From positions 1 through 64,000 of the IMG/VR virus record IMGVR_UViG_3300042402_005830: 64,000 bases of DNA; one strand, written 5' to 3'. The notes below the pieces were generated by a model, which saw nothing but the letters and a program-made list of their open reading frames with translations, was not told the origin of the DNA and did no database searches. The translations under genes were made by a program, and so were the position numbers. The DNA comes from a virus. Positions 1 to 7,576 of this stretch are shown here, piece by piece; position 1 is the stretch's first letter, and every line of letters starts with the position of its first letter.

Positions 1-696
1 TGATTGTTTTGCATCATCCCAATTCTTAATCGTCTGACTCCCCAATCTTGTGAAAGGAATTACATATCGAATACCTTCTTTTTGAACCATTTCTTTATCC
101 GAATCACTTTCCAAAATTTTAAGATATTTGAATTGGTAAGATGACCACTCATTAACGGAATAATCTTCTTCTCTCGGATAGTATTCAGGATCATATATTC
201 TATCACCAATTTTGAACAAACATTGAGATGAGTTTGTAAAACCAAAATATCCAATGATGTTTGCCTTTCCGTATTTATAAGTGTTATATGCGGTGGTATT
301 TTCAACATTATCATATTTGATTGCAACTCCAATCGGATGATCATCACAAACTTTTAGATTGTTTTTATAATACCACCACCCTTTCATAAGGTCACCGATG
401 AATGTTCCATCTTTTGATAGAAATGAGTTGTCCAATGAAAACTTCTGACCCATATGTTCCCACTCATGTTTTCGGATATGACCACCGGTAAATCGGTTGA
501 TTTTGTAAATCTTGTCTTGGTCAGGAATCCAACCACTTGTGTCTTTATAAGGAAAAACACGGCTTACAAGTTTTGTAAATCCAAGATTCAGATGGACCTT
601 GTTGAACAAACTTTTGCCAATATAGTGTGGAGATTTTTGAAATCGCAGTTTTACCTCTCCAACATATGGAGTTCTATTTTCAATCATTGTTTTCAT
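1..696 (-). CDS. hypothetical protein, runs off the window edge (not in ORF track)
   Basis: Open frame read manually from ATG at 696 (MKTMIENRTPYVGEVKLRF...) to position 1; TTTG-N19-TATTTTTG promoter at 710-740. Confidence 0.75.
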   Translation of the reverse strand, partial: MKTMIENRTPYVGEVKLRFQKSPHYIGKSLFNKVHLNLGFTKLVSRVFPYKDTSGWIPDQDKIYKINRFTGGHIRKHEWEHMGQKFSLDNSFLSKDGTFIGDLMKGWWYYKNNLKVCDDHPIGVAIKYDNVENTTAYNTYKYGKANIIGYFGFTNSSQCLFKIGDRIYDPEYYPREEDYSVNEWSSYQFKYLKILESDSDKEMVQKEGIRYVIPFTRLGSQTIKNWDDAKQS

Positions 697-742
697 ACAG
701 TTGTGAATTCAAAAATAAATCAAAAATTTGTTTTGTCAAATT

Positions 743-1318
743 TTAAAACATATAAACATTTCGGGATTTTTCATTATTATCCAAGAATTCTTCTGGTTTG
801 CAAAGTTTTTTCTTGAAGAAAATTTCTGAGATAAATTCCCACTCACAAATATCATTCTCAAGAAATCCATAAGAATATGAAAAATCTTCAGCTTGTGGAA
901 TTTCTTCTGATTCGACAGTGAATTCAAAAATACCACCCTTGTTTTCTTCATGACGGATGATTATTGCTCCATGCATATCTTTTGCTTCAATGACATGATA
1001 ATCGTGGTCACTTGAATAGTTTGGATCAATATCCGAATGTTCAATGATGTCATCACCAAAGAAATAATTGACTTCATCACCATCTTCATCAAGAACAATG
1101 AACGAAAGATGCGTCAAATCAAGATTTGGACGACTGATTGACAATTCTTCTTTATCAATGAGATTCAGTTCATATTCAATATCTTCCCAAACTTTGGTAA
1201 GATCTTGTGTGTTGTTATCTTTCAAAATTTGATTAATAACTTTTACATCTTCACTTCCGACCTGATAGGTGTGGAATACCGATTCCCAACCAAAAACTTG
1301 GATTCTGTAACTGTTCAT
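743..1318 (-). CDS. acidic hypothetical protein
   Basis: 191-aa ORF, co-oriented with neighbours. Confidence 0.7.
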   Translation of the reverse strand: MNSYRIQVFGWESVFHTYQVGSEDVKVINQILKDNNTQDLTKVWEDIEYELNLIDKEELSISRPNLDLTHLSFIVLDEDGDEVNYFFGDDIIEHSDIDPNYSSDHDYHVIEAKDMHGAIIIRHEENKGGIFEFTVESEEIPQAEDFSYSYGFLENDICEWEFISEIFFKKKLCKPEEFLDNNEKSRNVYMF

Positions 1319-1336
1319 TTTGTTTATTTGAAATTG

Positions 1337-1410
1337 TGACCCCTGCGGGATTCGAACCCGCGACTCTCACATTAAAAGTGTGATACTCTAGCCAGCTGAG
1401 TTAAGAGGTC
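1337..1410 (-). tRNA. tRNA-Lys(UUU)
   Basis: Cloverleaf; anticodon arm TCACA-CT TTT AA-TGTGA; GGTTCGAATCC T-arm; CCA not encoded. Confidence 0.95.
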
Positions 1411-1419
1411 AATAAAGAA

Positions 1420-1665
1420 TCAATTCACACTATATACCACTTCGGTAATTTGTTTTTCTTCCAAGATATTCGATAGAGATTCCGCAAAGAAATCAATCAT
1501 ATCTGCAGCGTCTTTATCAGGATTTTGATCCAAAAACCATTCGGATTTTTTGATAAGACCACTGATTTGAAAAAGGGCATGAGCCATATCATCGGCCTTA
1601 ACACACCTTTTATGTGCCATGATATCATCAGGATCTGACATATCGAATTTGAGAGTTGCTTTCAT
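1420..1665 (-). CDS. hypothetical phage protein
   Basis: 81-aa ORF directly after a TATATTTG promoter. Confidence 0.75.
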   Translation of the reverse strand: MKATLKFDMSDPDDIMAHKRCVKADDMAHALFQISGLIKKSEWFLDQNPDKDAADMIDFFAESLSNILEEKQITEVVYSVN

Positions 1666-1670
1666 AATTG

Positions 1671-1702
1671 CAAATATACTTAATAATTACCGAAAAACCA
1701 AA
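1671..1702 (-). promoter_or_regulatory. Bacteroidota housekeeping-sigma promoter (TTTG-N20-TATATTTG)
   Basis: Matches the -33 TTTG / -7 TAnnTTTG consensus; same architecture at 710-740, 1871-1902, 4558-4588, 6077-6108, 6646-6677, 8015-8046 and 9783-9814; -7 element also at 5783 and 11558. Confidence 0.8.
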
Positions 1703-1704
1703 TG

Positions 1705-1778
1705 CAGTCTGTACGGGACTCGAACCCGTGACCTTCGCCGTGACAGGGCGACGTTCTAACCAACTGAACTAACAGACT
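1705..1778 (-). tRNA. tRNA-Asp(GUC)
   Basis: Cloverleaf; TCGCC-CT GTC AC-GGCGA. Confidence 0.95.
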
Positions 1779-1784
1779 ATCTTG

Positions 1785-1858
1785 TACTCGGTACGGGATT
1801 CGAACCCGTGATTTCTTCCGTGAAAGGGAAGCGTCCTATACCACTAGACCAACCGAGC
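1785..1858 (-). tRNA. tRNA-Glu(UUC)
   Basis: Cloverleaf; CTTCC-CT TTC AC-GGAAG. Confidence 0.95.
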
Positions 1859-1919
1859 ATTTCAAGAACACAAATATAAGGATTAATTTAATACCATCCA
1901 AATTTAAGGATGAAAAAAG

Positions 1920-1992
1920 CACGTCAGGTAGGACTTGAACCTACAACTTTCGGTTTTGGAGGCCGACACTCTACCAATTGAGTTACTGACGC
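1920..1992 (-). tRNA. tRNA-Trp(CCA)
   Basis: Cloverleaf; loop CT CCA AA; one C-A mismatch in the anticodon stem. Confidence 0.9.
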
Positions 1993-2073
1993 GTACGCGA
2001 GCTCACGTATAATTTTATAGAAAATATATAGAAAGGAAATTTTAAAAAGGAAAAGTTCTTTGTGGTTTATTTT

Positions 2074-2376
2074 TTATTGATTAGTTGAAGCTTGTTTGGT
2101 AAGACGATACTCCAACTTATCTAATTTACTGTCCAACTCACGGTAGATATTTTCAATATCGGTATCTACCCTCCGATTAATTTGATCCAATTGTTCGTTT
2201 TTATCTCGATCTCTTTCGTTCAATTGATCGAAGATCTCGTCAATCACATTGTTCTGATCATCTACTTCTGATTGTAGATTGTTGATTTTTTTATTCACTG
2301 AAACCATCCATACCACCAAACCGATAAGACCTGACAGAAGGACACCTCCAACAAAAAATAAAATTTGTGTAATCAT
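2074..2376 (-). CDS. membrane-anchored coiled-coil protein
   Basis: N-terminal hydrophobic helix followed by a heptad-rich acidic region. Confidence 0.7.
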   Translation of the reverse strand: MITQILFFVGGVLLSGLIGLVVWMVSVNKKINNLQSEVDDQNNVIDEIFDQLNERDRDKNEQLDQINRRVDTDIENIYRELDSKLDKLEYRLTKQASTNQ

Positions 2377-2394
2377 GTTGTTAATTGTTTTAAA

Positions 2395-2940
2395 TCAAAG
2401 AACTCTTCCTAACTTGAAATTATAGACATATTCATTAACAATATCAATTATTTCATTTTTATATCTACTGTGAATATATTGGTGATGAGTTGGACATAAT
2501 GGAACTAAATTACTTGGATCATTATTTTGATGATTCTCATCATGGTGATGTACTGAAACAATTTTTGTTTCATCACAGACTACACATTTTTTTTTGTGAT
2601 AAAAAAAACAGATTGTACGATAACTATACTCACTTTTTTCTATATTTTTCACATGATTTGGATTATTAATACCACTTCTGAAATATGTATTTGAACAGGA
2701 ATGTGAGCATGTTTTTTTGGATCTCACATGATTTTCTTTATCCTCAAAATTATTTCCGCAGACTGGACATATTTTAATTATTTTTTTATATTTTCTTGGT
2801 TGCGATGAAAAATGACTTATATCGTATTTTTTATCTGAAATCAAAATTTCGAATTTTCTTCTAGTTGTTCCGTTGTCGAAACCAAATATTCTTCTAATAG
2901 CTTCTGCCTTTGTTTGAGAATTTTTTATTATTTCTTCCAT
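2395..2940 (-). CDS. free-standing HNH (homing) endonuclease with Zn-finger motifs
   Basis: CxxC pairs and VHHHDENHQNNDPSNLVPLCPTHH HNH motif. Confidence 0.85.
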   Translation of the reverse strand: MEEIIKNSQTKAEAIRRIFGFDNGTTRRKFEILISDKKYDISHFSSQPRKYKKIIKICPVCGNNFEDKENHVRSKKTCSHSCSNTYFRSGINNPNHVKNIEKSEYSYRTICFFYHKKKCVVCDETKIVSVHHHDENHQNNDPSNLVPLCPTHHQYIHSRYKNEIIDIVNEYVYNFKLGRVL

Positions 2941-3023
2941 TTTAGTTTTAACAATAAATAGTCGAGAAAACTGGTTTCGGATTAAACATTAAACTCACAA
3001 AAACTCTCAAATAAACAATATAG

Positions 3024-3101
3024 TCGGGATGGTAGGATTCGAACCTACGAAATTGTCCTGCTCCCAAAGCAGGCCGGGTAACCTGGCTCCCGAACATCCC
3101 G
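3024..3101 (-). tRNA. tRNA-Pro(UGG)
   Basis: CGGGATG acceptor; CCTGC-TT TGG GA-GCAGG; canonical T-arm; atypical D-arm. Confidence 0.9.
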
Positions 3102-3224
3102 ATAAAATAAGGACCGTTTTTTCCCCCATTACCCCGTGTAAGAGAGGGACCTCATCACGGATTTTGATTCAGGAAGTCTGCAAGGTTACCCCATCAGACC
3201 GTTACCACGGACAAACCTAATCAG

Positions 3225-3298
3225 TAGTCAGGTAAGGAATCGAACCTTCAAGCAACCATGTAGGACTCGGCAACCACGCCTCATTACGCCTCCTGACT
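3225..3298 (-). ncRNA. tRNA-like element with non-canonical anticodon arm
   Basis: AGTCAGG/CCTGACT acceptor stem and AAGG-TTCGATT-CCTT T-arm, but no canonical 5-bp stem/7-nt loop anticodon arm. Confidence 0.6.
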
Positions 3299-3421
3299 AT
3301 TAAGTAAGTTTTTTGGAATACCCCCAGAAACTTACAAAACTGTGCCAACCTACGATTTGGGTGGGAGCATTTAGAGGCAACCCACGTCTTCGATTCCTGA
3401 TCAGGGACTAATTTTTAACTA

Positions 3422-3856
3422 TCAAACTCCAAGGTTTTCCATTCGATCCTCTCGTTCTCCCTCTTGATATGTGTATGTCTCAATTGCTTGAGATAACTCA
3501 TAAAGATATTCAGGGGCGGATAGTGAAATTCTCAAGTCATAATGAGTCCATTTGGTTTTGTAATCCAAAATCTTAATCCCCTTTGTTAATTTATGATGTA
3601 AATTACAAAGGAATTGGTTTCGAACTCGAACAATTGAATTATCACACCCGAACAAATACAAGAAACGAAGGAACCATCGGGGGCACCAATTTGGTTTTGC
3701 TTCGTGATCCATCGCAATAACCAATGCGTGAAGCATAGTTTTTTCCGATTTCCAAGGTACTGATCCTAAATAACGATACTTTTCATGAAAATCTTTTGGA
3801 AAAAAAACAACTCTAATGTCATTAAAAGTGATTTTATTTAGGAATGGTTTTTTCAT
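3422..3856 (-). CDS. hypothetical protein
   Basis: 144-aa ORF, adjacent to the upstream ORF. Confidence 0.7.
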   Translation of the reverse strand: MKKPFLNKITFNDIRVVFFPKDFHEKYRYLGSVPWKSEKTMLHALVIAMDHEAKPNWCPRWFLRFLYLFGCDNSIVRVRNQFLCNLHHKLTKGIKILDYKTKWTHYDLRISLSAPEYLYELSQAIETYTYQEGEREDRMENLGV

Positions 3857-3857
3857 G

Positions 3858-4070
3858 TTATACTCTGTTGGTTAAGTATTCAAAAACTAAAGACTCATAA
3901 ATTTCATCCAAAGTTTCGTGATCTGATTCATCATCAGAATCGAAACTTATTACATTCTCGTCTAAGAGACGATCATAAACATAAGAATGTATTGTGTCCA
4001 AATCTTCTTCCAAGATTTCCTCCGTAAGAATTCCTTCTATAAATTCTATTTGTCTGTTTGTAAGTTGCAT
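3858..4070 (-). CDS. small acidic hypothetical protein
   Basis: 70-aa ORF. Confidence 0.65.
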   Translation of the reverse strand: MQLTNRQIEFIEGILTEEILEEDLDTIHSYVYDRLLDENVISFDSDDESDHETLDEIYESLVFEYLTNRV

Positions 4071-4153
4071 ATGTTGATTTTTTATTTACAAAGAAAAGGT
4101 CCGGGCCCAGCAAGCCTTCACGCAGAGAGGAAGGGCCCTTTTTAAGACCTTAG

Positions 4154-4225
4154 TTGCGGAAGAGGGATTCGAACCCCCGACCTTTAGGTTATGAGCCTAA
4201 CGAGCTTCCTCTGCTCTATTCCGCG
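4154..4225 (-). tRNA. initiator-type tRNA-Met(CAU)
   Basis: 5' CGCGG with C1xA72 mismatch; TTAGG-CT CAT AA-CCTAA. Confidence 0.9.
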
Positions 4226-4230
4226 ATATG

Positions 4231-4304
4231 CTCTCCCTCTTGGGCTTGAACCAAGGACCCCTTGTTTAACAGACAAATGCTCTAACCAACTGAGCTAAGG
4301 GAGA
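4231..4304 (-). tRNA. tRNA-Asn(GUU)
   Basis: TTTGT-CT GTT AA-ACAAG; T1 acceptor typical of Asn. Confidence 0.93.
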
Positions 4305-4403
4305 AAGAAAGTATCGGTTGGAGGAGAAACACTACCATCTCAACTAATGCCGCAGTCTAAATACTAAAGATAATTGACCCAACCGATACTGTTATAGTTT
4401 TAG

Positions 4404-4477
4404 TAGGGGCGGCAGGACTTGAACCTGCGACCGCTTGGATATAAGCCAAGAACTCTGACCAACTGAGTTACACCCCC
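4404..4477 (-). tRNA. tRNA-Ile(UAU)
   Basis: CTTGG-CT TAT AT-CCAAG; complete cloverleaf; A73. Confidence 0.88.
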
Positions 4478-4607
4478 ATGTTGACCGTGTCGTGTTTGTG
4501 TAAGACACTTCAAGGCGAAAATTAAAAACAATAACAACCGTATTTCAAAGAACACTACAAATATACAACAAATATTTCAAATTCCAAAATATTGATAAGA
4601 TTTTTTG

Positions 4608-4680
4608 AGCGGCGAATGGGGCTCGAACCCACAACATTCAGCTTGGAAGGCTGATACTCTACCAATTGAGCTACCACCGC
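4608..4680 (-). tRNA. tRNA-Gly(UCC)
   Basis: GCGG acceptor; TCAGC-CT TCC AA-GCTGA; U73. Confidence 0.95.
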
Positions 4681-4685
4681 TTTTG

Positions 4686-4773
4686 TGGAAGGTAAGGGAT
4701 TCGAACCCTTGCGTCGGTTCCCCGACCTAGCGGTTTAGCAAACCGCCCCCTTCGGCCTCTTGGGTAACCTTCC
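4686..4773 (-). tRNA. tRNA-Ser(GCU)
   Basis: GCGGT-TT GCT AA-ACCGC; long variable arm. Confidence 0.95.
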
Positions 4774-4779
4774 GATTAA

Positions 4780-5340
4780 TCAACGGATCACCTCCGTTTG
4801 ATTAAGATATTCCAAAAGAAGTGTTCTTACCTGATCATTACACAATCCAAGTAAATAATCAGATGAGAGTACAAAGTTTTGTAACCCCCACACTTCATCA
4901 CCCATCTGCATGTCGTCAATTGCTACCCAATTTTCAACTTCAGGATGTTCTTTTAACCACTTCTTGATCTCCAAAACCCGTATCTGATTATGTCCAAAAC
5001 CCGGTCTAAAAGAATATTCATCAGGAACTTCATTCCGATCTATAAATGGTGTAAATCCGATGGGTTTTTTTATGATCCCGTGATGGGTGTAATATTCACC
5101 CAACTCTTCAAGAGTTGCCCAAGTTCTCCAATCTGAAGAGATTACAATTTCACAATCGGTTTCTCTGATAATTTCATTCAAACACTGAACACAATTTTTG
5201 TCGAAATCATCAAACCGATTAAGGATGGGTACATCCCATATCGTTCCTTCTCTTTTAAGGGTTCCTTCTTTCTCAAAACGAGTACCCCATTGAGATTCCA
5301 AACAAATCACTCCATCGTGATCCATAAAGATTACTTTCAT
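4780..5340 (-). CDS. HAD-family phosphatase (HAD_SAK_2, Swiss-Army-knife RNA repair-like)
   Basis: IFMDHDGV motif I, IVISSDWR, WVAIDD. Confidence 0.85.
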   Translation of the reverse strand: MKVIFMDHDGVICLESQWGTRFEKEGTLKREGTIWDVPILNRFDDFDKNCVQCLNEIIRETDCEIVISSDWRTWATLEELGEYYTHHGIIKKPIGFTPFIDRNEVPDEYSFRPGFGHNQIRVLEIKKWLKEHPEVENWVAIDDMQMGDEVWGLQNFVLSSDYLLGLCNDQVRTLLLEYLNQTEVIR

Positions 5341-5362
5341 TTTTTATATTATGTTTAATTTG

Positions 5363-5657
5363 TACTCGGAGCGGGAGTCGAACCCGCACGAGCCCTTCGG
5401 CTCATTTGATTTTCTTACCATCTACAGTTTTCACTGCCAACTTACGTTGTTTGTGGTCTGGACTTTCTCTTTACCATATCCATAAGGATTTAGGTACCTT
5501 CCGTCAAGTCTCTACACCTTCCTCATTTCTGAGGCTTGGCTCGGGATTACCATTTTACAGGCTTCCCCGAATTTGAAAGGTTCTACTCTAAGGATTTCTC
5601 CAAAGGCACTCAATTTATCTTAAAGTCAAACATGTCTACCAATTCCATCATCCAAGC
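5363..5657 (-). tRNA. tRNA-Leu(UAA) interrupted by a group I intron (exons 5657-5623 and 5413-5363)
   Basis: Joining the exons gives TTTGA-CT T^AA AA-TCAAA, a long variable arm and a T-arm. Confidence 0.92.
5414..5622 (-). mobile_element. ORF-less group I intron (IC3-like), 209 nt
   Basis: Exon U pairs with G in P1 (ACTT/GAGT); P AAATTCGGGGAA, Q AATCCCGAGCC, R GTAGAGACT, S GAGAAAGTCC; terminal G. Confidence 0.9.
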
Positions 5658-5668
5658 ATATTAAAAAG

Positions 5669-5749
5669 TGGGGGTAGAAGGACTCGAACCTCCGAACCCA
5701 AAGGGAAGTGAGTTACAGTCACCAGCAATTGCCGCTATGCGATACCCCC
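5669..5749 (-). tRNA. tRNA-Tyr(GUA)
   Basis: GGTGA-CT GTA AC-TCACT; variable arm present. Confidence 0.93.
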
Positions 5750-5801
5750 TCTTTAATCTTACCAATATTTCAAAGAACCCTACAAATATACAACAAAAAA
5801 C

Positions 5802-6056
5802 TCAAATTGACATCATAATACCCAACTTATTTTGTTCTTGGTATTCAGAAAAAGTACAACGACGCATTGAGTTATATACAGGTCGGAGTTTTACAAATGT
5901 TGGGTTTTTTTCTTCCCATTCCTTACGTTCATTCACAACGAGTTTGTAAGCTTCCTTTTTATTCGGTGCCCACACATCGTTGAAACCACCACCTTCCCAA
6001 TTAAACAAGTAAAGGTATTCACCTTTTTGATTCCGAAGGAGTTTTTCTTTTGACAT
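5802..6056 (-). CDS. hypothetical protein
   Basis: 84-aa ORF with promoter at 6077-6108. Confidence 0.7.
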   Translation of the reverse strand: MSKEKLLRNQKGEYLYLFNWEGGGFNDVWAPNKKEAYKLVVNERKEWEEKNPTFVKLRPVYNSMRRCTFSEYQEQNKLGIMMSI

Positions 6057-6136
6057 TGTCTGTTTGATTTGTTCTACAAATATACATCAAACTTTTCGAT
6101 CCACCAAAACTTATTTAAGATTTTTTTCTTACCTAT

Positions 6137-6631
6137 TCAATAAGACATGCTAGTGATAAATTCGTTGTAAATTCTTTCAGCTTCAACTGTAAAGATTCCA
6201 CAAAATGTTTTTGGGACTTCGACTTTTTTAATGAATTTCATGTTTGCCTCTTCAGGAGTTCTGTTCCCTTTTCTTGAATTACACTTTTTGCAACAGGTTA
6301 CAAGATTCGCCCATGTGTTATCACCACCCCTCGATTTGGGAATCACATGATCAATGGAAAGATCTTGTTTTGTTCCACAATAAACGCATTCGTGGTTGTC
6401 CCTTTTATAAATCTTGTAACGGGAGATTCGAGATTTCACAGGACGGAATTTCACATAATTCAACAAGCGAATGATGATCGGGCGAACAAATTCACCGATG
6501 GATGTTAAGATTGGTTTTTCACCTCCTTTGAGGATTTCAGCCTTACCTTTATTCACAAGAACAAACCCACGAAGGAGGGTTGTTGTATTGATTGGAGTAT
6601 AATCTGCATTTAAAACCAAAACTGATTCCAT
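6137..6631 (-). CDS. HNH endonuclease (McrA/HNH_5-like)
   Basis: VLVLNADY N-terminus; RDNHECVYCG...SIDHVIPKSRGG...NLVTCCKKCN. Confidence 0.9.
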   Translation of the reverse strand: MESVLVLNADYTPINTTTLLRGFVLVNKGKAEILKGGEKPILTSIGEFVRPIIIRLLNYVKFRPVKSRISRYKIYKRDNHECVYCGTKQDLSIDHVIPKSRGGDNTWANLVTCCKKCNSRKGNRTPEEANMKFIKKVEVPKTFCGIFTVEAERIYNEFITSMSY

Positions 6632-6721
6632 GATCTAAATTTTAACAAATATAGTTTATTTTAAATAAAGAATCAAAAAAAAAACCCTCCACTTATTTAA
6701 GGGAGGGTTAATTTGATTTGA

Positions 6722-6943
6722 TCAATCGTTTTTCGGCAGGGCGAACCGGTCTTTGTTTCGGAAGAAACCGACAACAACCAACACCACACCGATGAGGACT
6801 TCAATCGCTTGGAAGGTTGAATCCAAGTTCAAAGTTAATGTTTCAACAACAGGGATAAATCGGTCAAGACCGAAAAGCACCAATAAGGTACCAAGTGCTG
6901 TCAATACGTGTCTGACAAGCGATTTAATTTGTTCTGTGTTCAT
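6722..6943 (-). CDS. small two-TM membrane protein, holin-like
   Basis: IKSLVRHVLTALG N-terminus, two hydrophobic helices, basic C-terminus; TATTTAT motif upstream; terminator hairpin downstream. Confidence 0.55.
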   Translation of the reverse strand: MNTEQIKSLVRHVLTALGTLLVLFGLDRFIPVVETLTLNLDSTFQAIEVLIGVVLVVVGFFRNKDRFALPKND

Positions 6944-7138
6944 AGAGCGTTTTTTTGGGTTTATTTCTATAAATATTTTGATCTATGAAAAACTCTTTAA
7001 AAGGTATTGAATACCCATCATAAGAAAGATCAAAATGAACCCAAAAGGTAAAAATAAAAACAACAAAAATGCAAATCTTGAAATCACATTTTGTGACTTC
7101 AACATTGACATATATTTATTTATGATATTATTCATTTT

Positions 7139-7576
7139 ATGAAACATTTTGAAAATTCTAAACCTTCTGTAAAGTTCGATCAAAAGTATGGAACAAATAT
7201 ATCATATAAGTATGATTTTTCTCCATATACTGATGAATACCTTTGGGATGTATTTTTGAATTGTTTGGATTTGAATGATGAAGATCTTTGTGAGGACATG
7301 GATGAGTTCATCCCCATAATATTGAGCAAATTACCAGATCAATACTTCTCAAGTTTATACGAACAAGATATAATGACCGTGATTTTTGGAATTTTGAGTG
7401 GTTACCACCCAAAAGATATTATTCAATTTATTTCAGGAATAACTTATTCGAACAATTTTGAAGCTCAAGAGTTTGAAAAAAATATGAAGAGATCCGTTGA
7501 TCCAAACTTTTCGTTTGATGGTTGGGTCCCTTCATATTATACTCTTAACAAACTCAACAAACACTTCGGTTTTTAA
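7139..7576 (+). CDS. hypothetical protein
   Basis: 145-aa ORF; TATTTAT at 7113. Confidence 0.6.
   Translation: MKHFENSKPSVKFDQKYGTNISYKYDFSPYTDEYLWDVFLNCLDLNDEDLCEDMDEFIPIILSKLPDQYFSSLYEQDIMTVIFGILSGYHPKDIIQFISGITYSNNFEAQEFEKNMKRSVDPNFSFDGWVPSYYTLNKLNKHFGF

Noticed and set aside
60-951. ORFs 60-347, 454-816 and 736-951
   Set aside because: Out-of-frame or antisense overlaps of the 1-696 and 743-1318 minus-strand genes
3029-3220. 63-aa plus-strand ORF
   Set aside because: Antisense to tRNA-Pro and the structured segment; typical tRNA shadow ORF (MVGFEPT...)
3102-3412. RNase P RNA or hammerhead ribozyme
   Set aside because: No GAGGAAAGTCC/P4 signature and no CTGATGA...GAAA core found
5668-5949. 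93-aa plus-strand ORF
   Set aside because: Antisense to tRNA-Tyr and the 5802-6056 CDS
6983-7183. 66-aa hydrophobic minus-strand ORF
   Set aside because: Overlaps the start and upstream motif of 7139-7576; a shorter membrane peptide is possible but unsupported
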